DNA of 60,476 nucleotides, the filler included, from Globobulimina sp. (taxonomy: Eukaryota): NCBI GenBank assembly GCA_003354225.1. It is 13 parts of 13 records of this genome, joined end to end, with 100 filler letters (N's around TTAATTAATTAA, not from the genome) between each part and the next. Parts side by side here need not be neighbours in the genome. Positions count along the whole stretch, not along the records: positions 37,301 to 41,856 come from PIVH01001120.1; positions 41,957 to 46,512 come from PIVH01001121.1; positions 46,613 to 51,168 come from PIVH01001122.1; positions 51,269 to 55,823 come from PIVH01001123.1; 9 more parts are not named here. One strand, written 5' to 3'. Positions 37,302 through 51,656 of the stretch are shown in pieces. Under the pieces are notes generated by a model. That model did no database searches and was not told the origin of the DNA. It saw only the letters and a list, made by a program, of their open reading frames with translations. The position numbers and the translations under genes are program-made. Within the stretch, counting starts at the first letter, position 1; the number at the start of each line of letters is the position of its first letter.

Positions 37302-38654
37302 ATGGCAGATACGTTACACGATATAGCTGCATTATCAAATCATATGAATAATGAAGATTCATTTATATGGATTACTGGTCAAATCCAGCAAAATAATTTT
37401 AATATTGAATCGTATGCTGAAAAAAATGCATTTCTTGAACAATGGAACGAAATTGATACAAACGCACAAAATAAACGAATATGTAATGCATTTTCGCAAA
37501 ATAATGATAACTCGCATTGTATTGTAAAAATATACAAACTACGTGAAAATAAAAAAAATGCATTAAACGAGATGGCGCAGATAAAATCTACCTATCTCTT
37601 AATGAAAAAAACAAATCTATTAAATTATTATGGTTTATATTATGATAAACAACAAAATGAGCTGCTTATTACAATGGAACCATTAAAACAAACATTGGCC
37701 CAATATGTTGCACAAAAAATAAATGATAATATGCCTAAAATCCGTGAAATTGAGTGTAAATTAATTATATCGTATTTATTATACGATTTGTGGACGTTAC
37801 ATAAAACTGGCTTTATTCACTCAGATATAAATCCGTCAAATATTATGCTGAGAGATTCACAAAAAGTACCCACCTTAAATGGATGGCGCCTCATTGACTA
37901 TGACAACAAGCTCTTTATTGGCACAAATAAACAATATGTTGCATCCAAGGTATGTCCACACACAAATCACCACAAAATTGCACATTTCAGAAATTAATTA
38001 ATTTGTTTTTTAGATTTGTACCCATTTTGAATGTGCTGTCTTGAGTTTGAATGACTCGATTTTGCTCTGTTCTGACTCCACAATTAATGTAATTTCCAAA
38101 AAATGCCACTTTTGTGGACACTTTATGGGAATTACAATATGTTAACATATGCAACATTGATAATATTATAACAACATTTGTTCTGACAGCACATCCGCGG
38201 TTGCGTGGAATGGACGCCTCCCGAACATAAATACGGTACTCACAAGAAAAAAGGTTTCAATTATTTTAATTATGGCACAGACATTTGGAGCGTTGGACTG
38301 GTTATTTTATATATTTTATTTGGCCAAAATCCATATCAATTAACCAAAGAGGAAGAGGAAAAATATAGTGATACACAACAAATGTACGCTCAATTTTTTT
38401 ATAATGATAAGTTATTACAAAATAGCAAATACGATATGGAATCTGATAGAAACAGAGGTGAGATTTGGCTGAGAAATTATTTAATTTCCTTGTATTTCCA
38501 TGATAAAATATCAAAGGATTTATTTGAATTATTACATGATTATATGTTAGTATTTGATCCCAGGAAACGTGCAAATTGTAAAAGTATATGGAATCATAAA
38601 TGGTTCGATGAATATAGGCATATTTGTCAGTTTGTGAGCGATAGGATGGAATAA
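37302..38654 (+). CDS. Atypical Ser/Thr protein kinase; intron 37950-38189
   Basis: IVKIY, HSDINPSNI, LIDYD, spliced GCVEWTPPE, DIWSVGLV and DPRKR...HKWF. Confidence 0.85.
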
Positions 38655-39030
38655 GCCATTTTATCCAATTTAATTTTAGCAAAAAAAAGTCGAGCACTGT
38701 TTGTTATTTATTTTTTCAAATTTCTCTGTCAGTTTTTTCAAATTTTAGTAATTCTATTGTGGTGTCAGTTTTTTTTATATTGTGATCGAATGCAACCTTT
38801 TTTTTTCGGGTGTTTTGTGTTGTATTTATTTTTGCGGACTTTTTTTTTAAATATTTCTGCTATTTTTTCAAAATATTTGTGCTCTTTTTTTTTCATTGTT
38901 TTCGTCAGATGTGTTTACTTTTTGCAATTATTATATGTATATGTATATGATGCACGTGATATGATGATGATGAATTTCTGTGTTGAAAAGATGTTTTTCT
39001 AACTACTAAAAAACATCAATCTATCAAACA

Positions 39031-41856
39031 ATGGATCGGGAGCCACCGGCGTTGGACTTTGGAGAAACCATTGAATCACTTCGCAACGAAGTGGAATCAA
39101 TGTGGGATGAGATCCAAATCTCTTTTGACAAAATAGATCGCGAAATTGATGCAACCATCAACCGCTACAAACCGTCATCCATCGACAGCTGTATACTGTA
39201 CGGCTCATCAGATATAGACTTCACACAAGTAATCTACGAATCTGATCCAAACACAGACTCAGAAACAGAACCAAAACGCTACAGCAATACCACCCAACAC
39301 CATCTCATGAGACCCATGCACATGGCCGCTATAAATAGCATTACCTCCTCCATATCCTCTGCAGCGTCACCTACCTTAATTCTCGCGTCACCAACAAATT
39401 ATAGCACACCGGTCCAATCGCATAGCATCTCCGCCACAGATCAATATCACCAATATGAACGCGAACCGACTCAGCTCAAACACTATGACAGTTATCAGAG
39501 TGAGTTAGACATTGCCTTATCCGATTTAACCAATTTAACTGACTTTAATCGCAATGACGTAGAGCTCACTGACAACCCAGGCGTGCCCGGCATAGATTGC
39601 ATCGGATCTAAATCTTTGCACCGGATTGATTTATCCAATCCCAATGACTCGTTTTCTCCCAAAATCAATGATATCAACCACATGGATGATATTAACATTG
39701 CCCGTGGCGATGGAGCACGGGGCATACTTCGGGAGAGTTATAGCGATGGGGATGATATTGTCAATAATACGCAACATAGAATGGCTTTAATTAATCGGAT
39801 ATCGAACGATTTGGAATCAAATGCGTACGCCTTTAAGCACCAAAACTCGCATCATCAAAGAAATAATACTCAGAAAGAAATTGATGAATATGGATTGTTG
39901 AAATATAAGGATGACACTGATAGTGATGATGCGAATGAATTGGATCTCACTCAGATTAAGTTATATATGTAATATATTTCTATATCTATCCTTGCACATT
40001 TATAAAGAAACTATTTATATTTTTGTCTATATGTTTTTATATGTTTTTATATGTTTTTGTAGGTTTTTTTAGCAGAAAAATTGTATTTACTTTGAGTAAT
40101 ATAATGATTGTATACGCCATTTGTTGTATGTATACACTGTGCTGTGTATACAGTGTATACAGTATACCTGGTTTGAAACTGAAACAGTGCCAAATACAAT
40201 ACACAGAAAACCAACAGAAGTCGAAGTCGAAGAAGATGAGGATGACAACTCTGGCCATTCATCGCTAGCCTATCTATTCAAAGACGATAATTCAAATTCA
40301 AATTCGCACTCTTCATTTGATGATGAAGTGGGCGACTCGGACGAAGATGGATTGATTGTATTATCCGAAAAGGAAGAAAAACAAAGATCAGTCAGTCACA
40401 GATCTCGTAATAGCAAGACACGGCTATCCATTCCGCGCGGACTATCCAACATAGACTTATCCGCTGAGCTCGCCAACGTAGACAAAGACCAACAGAATGA
40501 TGACAGCTATCCGCTATCATTGCCCGCCATCCCTCAGACCTCGAGTGTGGACCACAACGTCGACGCCTCCCAGACACCGCAAGACGTGACCTACCATCAC
40601 GAAAAAAAGAAATCCATCTCGCAATTGGCGCTGCAGGACTTGGAATTGGACCGCAAAGTCAATATGAACCATCACAACAAAGTCTCGGCCAGTTTCAACT
40701 ACAACGAAACCACGCAGCCTTTAACCCCTTTGGCCATGATGACGCAGATTGGCTTGGCCGAGGCCAACATGCCCGATTTTAATGAGATAAGCATCCCTGA
40801 ATCGGCCGTCAATGTCATACCTTCGCCATCAATGTCGGAGGATAGCAATGGCTATGTATTAGAGCACGAGTTTGATGCGAGAGTGGTGGATAAAACCCTG
40901 GCGATTGGCAGCAGAATGTCCATCAACGAGAACCATAACATAACGGATATAAATTACGCAAACAACCATTCCTTACCCAGCGGCATCAACCGTGCCGACA
41001 GTGAGTACAAACCGATGATAAATCAGGATATCGATGCTATACTACGCGAGACGGAGCTGTATGAACAGCAACAAGGAGTTATGGCGTCGCCTGACGCGGT
41101 GCTGCGAAATCCCAAATTGATGAATAATTTGTCATATTCGATTGCAGAGTTTAGTAATAAGATGAATGCGCACACTCCGGTGATTAATGAGGATGAGAGT
41201 TGCAATGGAATGGAGTTTGGAAGCATTGGAGAGACACTGTTCATTATTAAACAGAGTGGGGAGAGATTTATTAATTTTATCTGTGATAAGTTGGCCAATG
41301 ACGATGCGTTTTATATCAATGAATATAAAGAGCTGCATAAGGAAGATGTGCACGGCGGACAGCAAGAGTATGAGCGGATGGATAGGTTTTTAAATAAACA
41401 TAATTGTACCAAAAATGTGCATGTTGAAGCCGTGTGCGCTTTGTTTAAGGAGTTAGTGAGTGAGAGTTCGTTTTGCATTATTCCATTGTACAGAGTTAAT
41501 GCAATCGCATTTTTGTACCAACAAGTTGTTAAATACCAATCCTTGCAGTTGGTTGATGACGACATCATTGAAAATGAGGTATGTGATTGTGTTCAAGTGT
41601 CAAGCATGCTTTTTCAAGCTGCCATGATGCGTTTAGTTGATTTTTAAGGTTTTCAGTGAAAATGATACATTTTGTCTCACTTTTTTTTTATTTTTTGCGC
41701 AGAATCGTGATACAAATGATTTTGGGCAACACGCGAAGAAACCGACGAATGAGTTGCGAGATATCGATAATGTATATTTTGATGATTATAATGAATATCC
41801 ATCGGACGATGATAAAAATGAGAAAAGAGTGGTCAAAAATAATGGGAAAATACCTG
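39031..41856 (+). CDS. Large acidic, Ser-rich hypothetical protein, multi-exon, 3'-truncated
   Basis: Consecutive ORFs separated by AT-rich intron-like gaps (~39960-40160 and 41579-41702); no domain recognised. Confidence 0.6.
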
Positions 41857-41956
41857 NNNNNNNNNNNNNNNNNNNNNNNNNNNNNNNNNNNNNNNNNNNN
41901 TTAATTAATTAANNNNNNNNNNNNNNNNNNNNNNNNNNNNNNNNNNNNNNNNNNNN

Positions 41957-44900
41957 ACAGAATCCTCATTCTCATTATTTTTATTTGTTAAGTTTACAGA
42001 CAAATCATAGTCACCCAACTCACTCACAGTCGATGACCCTCTCTCTTTCTTTTTATTTAATGTAGCACCAATATTTGAAATTAATCCACTACCTTTTCTC
42101 TCAAATTTTTCGCTTGTTATTTCCTTCTGTTTCCCCGCTGTTTGATATTGTTCAGACACTGCTCTCTCTCGACCAAATATATTATTATACCATGATTTTT
42201 TTTTATGTCCTTCTTGTTTTAATTTCTTTTTCTGAGAATCAAATAATGCCAATTCAATCCCTCCATCATTACCAATGACAAGATATTCCTGATTTGATTT
42301 CAATGCCGTATCATCATACATATCCTCATTCGAATCATTTGAACCTTCATAGTACTCGCTTGAATATTTTCTGCTCATTCTTTTTCTATGAACATCATGA
42401 TCACAGTCATCAGTCATTGAATGCTCTAAAAACGATTTGTGAGACTGTTTAATATCATATGTGTCGACAATATCCATTTTCTTTTTTTTTGACTCAAGCT
42501 GCGGTGCAATATACTCGTCGTAGTCATCCGTTTGTCGCTCAGATACATCATCATTGGGACCTAAATAATATTGCCCATCATCAGTATCGCCTCGATCTCG
42601 CGAAGGCGATGCAAACGTTTTTGAGCGAACAACGATATTCTTCACCTTCGGGACCACGCCATCGCGGCAGTATCGATAGGATAAATATGGCAAAAATAAT
42701 AAGGGTATAAGTGCAATGACAGAGGTTGGATATTTTAAATTTAATCCGGTTGTATCTGCCACCGTTGATAGTGCAGAGACTAAAAACAACAAAGTTAACA
42801 GTACAGTTTCTAAATGGTTGTTTATTTTGTATCGAAACGGTTGCACTTTAACATGAATCGCTAATATTCCACCACAAAAGAATGCGATTATAGCTCGTAA
42901 TAAATATTGATTCGTTTTTGGAAACGCATAAACTGAGATTAGTATTATTCTGCGACACATCATTACGGCTTCATAGTACCAACATTTCCTGCGATACGAC
43001 ATGGTGAACGCTGCGAATTTAATCCGTCGATATCCGGCTAAGGACCCGCGTAATTTCCATAATTGATACACAATCCAGAAAGGAAACGATAATAAGATTA
43101 CAAATATGAACATAAATATATAATTGGACGCATCGTAGCATTTTCTATCACCCGCATACCATAAATATGACTGGTTATCAATCTTCGCGCAATTAAACAT
43201 TTTTATCGATGACTCACATACTACGATATACATAATCAATAATGTGTTATTAAATGCGTCGCCGTAATGTTCCCGTAATCGTGCGGTTAGATTGAATTTT
43301 TCTTGTTTTTTTAAGTGTTTTCGAATCAGTTCATATTGTTTTGTGCCCTGTGCCTTTTCAGTTTGTTCCTGATCCCCATCCTCCAATGTATCGTTTGCTA
43401 ATAAACCTTGAATGCAATTTCATATATTTACCGTTATAAAAATAAAAATGTATACAACAAACCGGCATCCATTGAATCTCCAACCCCTCCAAATCGAGAA
43501 TAAATTGATTGATGCCGTGTTGGATCATATGACAATTCATATTCTTGTTCGTGTTCGTTGAATGAGGAATATTTCTTATCATCATTTAACTTTAATTGAT
43601 GCGTCAATGATTTACGGGATTTACGCCAATCTATAACCTCTGGAATGATCCTCAAAATAAGCAATTCAATCACTAATATCAACGGTATTATAAAATTAAC
43701 CCACAATTTTCCATATGCAGTCATGTTGGCAAACAAACAGGTTCCACCGCTATAGCCACCAAATGAAGTCAACACACTTAAATCAAACACATTGACAAAG
43801 CCCATCACCAATGATAAGTATGACTCATATGTGAGGATTGGCAGTATCTGGTAAAAGTACAACAGAGATTTATATACAAATGTAAATAATGGCGTGACTA
43901 TGAATGGATTGCGTAAAATCAGATATATTTCCAACATAAAACATGCGCCAATGGGTAGTAACAATAAAACCAGGTTATTTTTATCGCACTTATCACATTG
44001 ATACGAACCAACAAGTTCTGAAAAGCCATCCATACATTTACCACAAAAATTGACCCCGGCATCTCGATTCCGAGCGCATACGTCTTCGGTGTTAGATCCA
44101 TAGAATCGACAGCCAGCGATATTGGTACAACATAACTGTGCTGGACATAAATACGTATTAAACTCCATTGTGCAGACATCGCCAATTTCTGGATTGCTCT
44201 CATCGATGGGTGCTGTTCCATTTGTAATTTTCGCATAATTTGCATAATCGATAGATACAATATTATCTCCACTGCATTTGGCGCCTTTTAAAACACATAT
44301 AACCCGACCAATTCACAAAAAAATAAAAATATATACCTGACAATGGACAGCTATGACAGATTGGCTCCCAGCGAGTGAATAAATATTCGTTTTGTCCGCA
44401 CTTCCTTCCACATTTAAAAGAAACACCTGCCATATCTGCATTTTTGCAAATGGGCTCGTCGCGGTCGGTGGATATCGATACTTCTTGGCCTGCGGAACAT
44501 AACGTGGTAATAACGTGGAAAGAGGACAGATAATAACTGGCATCCACCTCAGTTTTTATATTTGAGCTCAACAAACGATGAGTATCCGATATATTTATAT
44601 ATTCAATCAATAGATATTCCGCTTCGGATATGCCAAATTCAACGGATATGACATGTTCTTGGCTATGTAACGTCAACTCATGCATTGCTAAATCGGGAGA
44701 TAAATTATATAAAAAATGCGAACAGCTTAAAAATGGTGAGCTGGTTTGCCCAAAATAGTCTTTTAATTGAAATGAGACACGAAACAATGTATCGTCGCCA
44801 GGGAGTACATAGCCAATACACCCACGCGGATCAGTATTAATATCGCATTCTTCTGAGGTTAAGCCACCATCTATCAGCAGAGGATCGGTGAAATTTATTG

Positions 44901-46512
44901 GCGATGTACCACGTTCATATTGACTCCATTCGTATTCAGTATCTGTATTATTTGAATACGTGTTGGTGTTATCCTGCAGAGCTAACTTCTTTAATGTTTC
45001 TAGAGCGTCTCTAGAATATACATCGTAATATAAATGCGTGACAAATACGCCTGCATTGTTTACGAATTTGTTACCTGTGACCTGTACATTGTCAATGTTA
45101 TATTGCTCCATAATTTGCAGCCAAAGCCCACCCGCAAAGCCTGCTAAACCTGCATAGTCTGTGCATTCAGTCATATGCGACATTGTTAAGTTCCAATTGG
45201 CACTGTTTCCGGTGATGTTGTTGTCTTTGATTATCATTTTAATATCATTTTGCTGCGAGTAAGAATTATTTTCACTGACGATATGAAATAACCCGCCACC
45301 ATTTCCTATATTGATGCTATTGTCTGCAAATGTATTGTTTACAATCACCATTGAGACACTATCTAAATATATCCCAGCACCTCTGCCACCAAATGCATTT
45401 TCAAATGTATCAGCAAATGTTTTTAAACATTGCGTGGTCGAACATTCTGAGCCTTTATTTGGAGTATTAAAAGTTATTCGATTTCCTGATATCGTGCTAT
45501 TAGTCACCACAACTTCAGCACATTTAATAAAAGCACCGCCTCCGTATATTGCAGCTGAGCTATTATCCACTGCGCTGTTACTGAATTTGACCCCAAATGA
45601 ACTAATTTGACTACAACTTATGTCTACCACTTGTGTGTCAATGTAGATGCTCCCACCGGATCCATTCAGTGCTGTATTGTTATGAAACTGAACAGTATCA
45701 AAAGAAACAATGGTTGAATTTGGCTGCACTGCATAAGGAATGATTGCGTCAATTCGATTTAAATAAAACGCCGCACCTTGCTCTGCAATATTATTTGTAA
45801 ATGTTGTATTGTAATGCGATAGTTTAAGACACTTTAATTTTGCATATTGCTGCACATAAATACCTGCACCAAACCGAGCTGAATTCAAATGAAATGTGGA
45901 ATTTGCAATACTAATTTGTGGACATTGCTCTATAAATAAAATAAACGTTGGTGCTGCAGTAGGTGCTGTGGTTGGTGTAGGCGCAGCTGTAGGTACTATA
46001 TTTGTAGTGGTGGTGGTTATAAATTGTGTTGGAGGTAATGTTGGCGTTGCGGTGATATTTGAAGTCGTGTTGTTATGTATTGCAGATAGCAAATTCCTAC
46101 GTCTGTGCATTGATTGAGCTGCATTGTTTGATGAATCATTCGATGGGATAATATTTAAATAAATTCCTGATCCAATTCTCGCCTGATTTTCAATGAAAGT
46201 ACAATCTGCAATGTCAATAGAAGCCGCATCTGCAGCATCGATAGAAATCGTGCCCATATTCCCGGAATTATTAATAAAGTCCGAACGTTGAATCTCTACA
46301 AAAATCCAAGACAATTCATCCATTTTAATTGCACTTCCATTGATGGCTGTATTATTTGAAAATAAACAATCTGTAATAATTATATGCTTTGCTGTTGTGT
46401 CATGATACACTTTTGTCTGTTTTTTGTTATAATTTACACAAATTGCACCACCATTTCCATATACATTTGAATCGCTAAATTGCGAGTTTGTTACTTGTAA
46501 TATATTCCATGT
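41957..46512 (-). CDS. Pmp/PbH1-repeat ectodomain + Cys-rich region + multi-TM receptor-like protein; introns 44285-44336 and 43407-43462
   Basis: FxNN-A..G/GGA repeats, CPAQLCC...CARNR...CGKCMDGFSE, CYD, WYYEAVMMCRR and QPF...NHLE motifs. Both introns restore the frame; truncated at both ends. Confidence 0.82.
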
Positions 46513-46831
46513 NNNNNNNNNNNNNNNNNNNNNNNNNNNNNNNNNNNNNNNNNNNNTTAATTAATTAANNNNNNNNNNNNNNNNNNNNNNNNNNNNNNNN
46601 NNNNNNNNNNNNGGATGCAGGTGGCCACGGCCACCGCCAACAAGACCACCGTGCTCGCCCAGGTAGGCAAACACTATGACAGTGCATAATATATTCACCA
46701 TTATCGGATTTAGTGCCGTTAGCATTATCGGATTGATTTACAGTTGAATGTTTTTGATTTTTGGTTTGAGTTTAAGCACGAAACATGGCAACGTGATTGT
46801 GAATGTGATATTATTATGCTAGAGTATCAAG

Positions 46832-49676
46832 ATGCATTTGTCATTGCTATTACAGTTGCTATTTGCGCAGCTAATATGTACATTATTTATCATAAAGGCA
46901 TTTAATAATCAATTTGAACAATATACTTTTTATTATGAAACATATCAATATCCAATAAATGCACAGCTCACCAACAACAAAAATAAAAATAAAAATGCTA
47001 CTCAAAATGATACAGATTCTAATTCAATTTATATCGACATAATGATTGACAATCTAATTATAAACATCTTGAAAAGCAGCTCATATCCTTATGTCATAAA
47101 TATAATAAAGAATAGAAAGAATATCACACAGAATCACAATCCCATTCATAATATGCCTGAGCCTCACATAAATATCACCGATGACTACATTGAGATATCC
47201 ATACAAGACATAACAAATAGTACCACATTAATGAATGGCAAGGAACATGGAACAGAAACAGCGCCATTGCCAAATGAGCATGAAATATCTTTAAATTATC
47301 AAGATTATGAGAATTGGAATGAAGTCCAGATTTGGAATACACCGCATCGTCATCGTAGACGTTTGCGTCAGTGTCACAAACGTGGCTGGCGGCCTTTCCA
47401 TTATTATACAAAACGTTATTGGTGCCGCCCCATTGCACCTCCACGTTCTGGTATGCCATACATACAACACTCTGAATTGTGTGTACATATAACCCCATTT
47501 AGACCCATATTGGCTGCGTCGTTCCAAGCGTATCGGCCGATTTATTGCCGTCTATCCCGGCATATGGTCTGTAAACCGCTTTAACTTTGACCGCTGCGCT
47601 GCTTTTTGCCGGCAAAACTATGGTGGTTTGGCTGCCATTCACTCGAATCGTGAAAAAGAACAAGCAAAGTCTGCCTGTCACCACGTCTTAGCTCACCCCG
47701 CAGCCGCAAACAAACGCGATTATGGCGGTAATTGGAGGGGACATTCTTGCTTTATTGGGCTACGCCGCCCTTTTAAACAATGGCAAGATAAAAGTAAATA
47801 TAATTACGGCTTTTGGCAGCCGGGCGAGCCCAACAACGGAGGACGTCGCCGAGTGTGCACTCGCAGGAAATGGTGGGGTGGCTGCAAGAAATACGAATGG
47901 CGGAAGAATGCAGACGAAGACTGCACAGAATTGTATGCGTTTCATTATGGTCGCTGGAATGATATCGCGTGCACTGCAAAACGGTCGTGTTTGTGCCAGA
48001 AACCTAGCGGACATATCCATGGACCATACATTGCGGTGTCTGCCACGAGAACCTATAAAGAGGCAAATCTGTATTGCAAGACCAAATATGGTACGACTTT
48101 AGCTACGATTGAGAGTGACGGGAATAACAAACATGTGATGAATGCATGCAAAGCTGTCACGCAGCACGGCTCTCGTTAAGTGTTTGTGTGTTTTGTACGT
48201 GTTTGCAACCTGAATTGTGTGTATTTGATAGTGGGACATTGCTGGATTGGGCTGCAACGACCCTTTCATGAATGGGACGATGGTACCAACGCCGAGGAGA
48301 AGTTTGAAAATTGGTACCCCGGGGAGCCAAACAGCAAAAATGAAAAATGTGTGGAAATGTATACAGAACATAGAGGGCTATGGAACGATTTGCGTTGTAA
48401 TTATAAACGTTATTTTGTGTGCAATGCACAGACTAAATTGCAACGAATGGACTATGATAAACGAGAGGAAATGATCCGGAAAAGAATGAGTCGGCATCAG
48501 CTAAAATGGCAACGGTATCAGGCACAGGCGAAGCGGAAGAAAATTCGCAAAATGTTTTTCCAAAAAATGAAGCAGCGACGAGCTGCAATGCGGAAACGAC
48601 GAAGAGAAGCCATGCAAAAACGGAGAGAGTCTATGCGTCAAAGTGCATTTCGCAAAGCGATGGGAAGCCGAAATAAGCAAAGTGGCATTGGTGGCTTTGG
48701 CGGTGGCTTTGGCGCAAATTCTGTGTTCGGTGATACGTATTTAAAACGAAGGAGAATGCGAATAATGATCGAAAAGGAAAGCAATGGATATCGACGAAGG
48801 ATGAATGCTGAAGTTGCAGAGCTTAAACACGCTGATCAAAAGAAGGAGATTTTTAAAAAAGATAAGCAGTTTTATCGAGAAATGGAGGATAAAATGTGGG
48901 CCAATGAGATGGAGGAAATGGAGGGAAACGAGGAAGTGAATGAGATATTGTTGGAGAGAGTGGATCCGTCGCCCAAAAGATGTGTGTTGTTTGAAGATGG
49001 GGCGGTTTTATATGAGTTTTGCGTGAATGATGATTTTGTTTTTGTGAAGAAGTATGTTGAAAAGGTATGGAGAGATAATGAGGAGTTTGAATATGTGGCT
49101 GTGGAGAGAGCGGAGTATAATGACTCTAATCTGACGGTGCATGGTACCGATATCGATGATGATTATTTTGTTGGTTTTGGGAGGTTTGAGAGTTACAAAT
49201 ATGAGCAAGCAATGAGGAGTGATGAGGATACGGAGCGGGAAAGGATGGAAATTAACAAAGTTGATAATGATTTGCAATATGTTCGGATTGATGAGTTTAT
49301 ATATAATCATGACTCAAATCATAGACGACAATGTTTTTCAGAGAAGAAACCGTATGAAATGTGTTTGGAATATGATAATATCGAGAAAGAGATGGTGCTT
49401 TATCTTGGGATGCATTTAGATTTCGAACAAGATATGTTTGCATTTGAAGAGGATAAGAAATGGAATGAAGTGAATCATGTACATATGAAGGATGAGGATG
49501 GTGCGGATAAACTAGTGAAATGTGTAATGTTTTATGAGAGTAAAGTGTGTCTAATCGAACAATTTAAAGAAAATAAGGATGGCAATGATGAATATAGAGT
49601 CATAATATTGACCCAAATGAACGAAAACGATGAAGATCAATATACTCATCCTGAGGATTATGATGAGTACGATTAA
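46832..49676 (+). CDS. Secreted protein with two C-type lectin domains, a basic helix and an acidic tail; introns 47451-47502 and 48175-48231
   Basis: Signal peptide, RRRL processing-like site, and two CTLDs (FIGL/WIGL, W.PGEPN, WND..C). Confidence 0.85.
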
Positions 49677-49755
49677 TGTGTATTTTCTTTTGTGAAGGAT
49701 TTTCTTGTTTTACTATAGCTAGCTAGCTGCTGTTTTTTACGTACGATATATTGCA

Positions 49756-51168
49756 ATGGACAGTGGCCAAAGCTCGGATCGCCTTTCATTTCATGAAGGA
49801 TACTTAATGAAGAGAGCTAGTACTTTTCCGCATAAATGGAGAAGCCGGTAAATGTCTCATATTAATTATGCATATATTTATCCCTCTTACAAATATATAC
49901 TCTTTATAAGGTATTTGGTGATATGGAATGACGGGCAAATTGAAATATCCGTTACACCGAATTCCAAAAAACATGCAACAAAATTGTTATGTTCAAAGAT
50001 TAAATCCATTCTGAATTCTGATTTAGCGCATTCACAAAATGGTTATGGATTTGTTATTATCACAACAAAAAGACACTGGAATTTTTCTGCTCCATCGCGC
50101 AATGATAGAGGTGTTTGGATGTCTTGTTTTAGAGAAATTACTCAACATATTTCACCAGGAAAGCTTAATAAAATAACTGCGCTCAATGCAAATGCAACAA
50201 TAACATCTAAATCTTCTAACAATCCATCTGTTGACAATACCTGTACTAATATTGCTGATAATGACGCTGACAAAATTCAATTGTTACGTACAGCAAATAA
50301 ATACGCAATAGATTGTCAAATCGATGCAGCTAAGCAAAAATACGACGAATTAATGGACTTATATCCATCATGGAATGCATTACATTTATCATATGAGTTT
50401 TGTTTATGTTCTAATCTATTTTCGAGCTAGTTTTTATTTATGTTTTGCATACAAACAGATATTTTCTTGCTCATTTTTGTAATGAAATGGATAAAGCGGA
50501 AAAACATTATCTCGAGTTATGTGTTTTTGTGACAAATTAATGGCACTGTACTGTAAACCGTATTGTATACCAATACTGAATATATTTTCAGGAGAACCAA
50601 GGTGTTATGTTTTGCATCAAACGAAATCGAAGAAGCTGAAGAATATTTTGAATTGGAGTCGTGTTGTGATGTGATGCATTTTGGATATTATGTCAATACA
50701 AATGCAAACAGAAATGCTCCAATTTACACCAAATATAAAAGCTATGATGGCAAACAAAGTTTGGATCGCAATGTTCAATTTACATTGAAGCATGAAGTGG
50801 AAATGTTGTATGAAAAGCAATTAAACGCAAAAAAGAAAAAGAAAGCAAACGCAATGTCGCATATTGAATCACCATCGGGCTTACTGGACGGAGATACGCA
50901 TGAATTTATAAATTGTACCAGTTGCACATTTATGATAGTTAGAAATGAAAATATGGTGCAGGTCAATCAGTTGTTGAATGCGTGGAAAACACGATGTGGT
51001 AAATGCAGTTAAGTGTTACATCTGGGTTAATGTTGTGTGGATTATATATTTGTATATGTATAAGATGAAAGATATTTGTTTACGATGCAAGAATTGGAAG
51101 CTGTCGCAGTGAAATTGTTTGATGAATGTGTGTGTTTGCCGCATAACAATCCAATTTTGAGCGCACTA
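49756..51168 (+). CDS. PH-domain protein with TPR-like segment, multi-exon, 3'-truncated
   Basis: Spliced (intron 49848-49910) HEGYLMKRASTFPHKWRSRYLVI...WNFSA...RGVW; later YFLAHF.NEMDKAEKHY. Confidence 0.7.
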
Positions 51169-51268
51169 NNNNNNNNNNNNNNNNNNNNNNNNNNNNNNNN
51201 NNNNNNNNNNNNTTAATTAATTAANNNNNNNNNNNNNNNNNNNNNNNNNNNNNNNNNNNNNNNNNNNN

Positions 51269-51536
51269 TTCCTTCATAATAAGTTGTCCAATGTGGTCTT
51301 ATACCGCACGTCCCGCCAACGTCCCATACACTCATTTCAGAGCCATTGTGAATGACTATCTCGACATTAAATCCAATGGTTGGATCTCCAATGCTTGGAC
51401 TCTGTCTAAATTCTTCTATCTCTGCTTGCTTGTTTGCAGAATCCATTTGTCGATATAGTAGTTGTGTTTTGCCACAATAATCCAGTCCAATCAGACATAC
51501 CCTACGATACTTTTTTTTGCCGAAATTGGCACCCAT
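51269..51536 (-). CDS. Arf/Arl-family small GTPase, 5' part
   Basis: MG myristoylation start, GLDYCGKT P-loop, PTIGFNVE, WDVGG and IRPHW..YY. Confidence 0.9.
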
Positions 51537-51656
51537 TTAGTAATATTACTAGTCTACACAAAGTTTTGTTAAAAATTAAAAAAAAAAAAACTTTGATCTG
51601 AACTGTCAGAATGTGACTGTCATTATGATTGGAAAAAGAAACTTTTAAGAAATAAT

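Noticed and set aside
40110..40167. TGTATAC palindromic cluster
   Set aside because: Short, low-complexity sequence in an intron-like region; no evidence of function.
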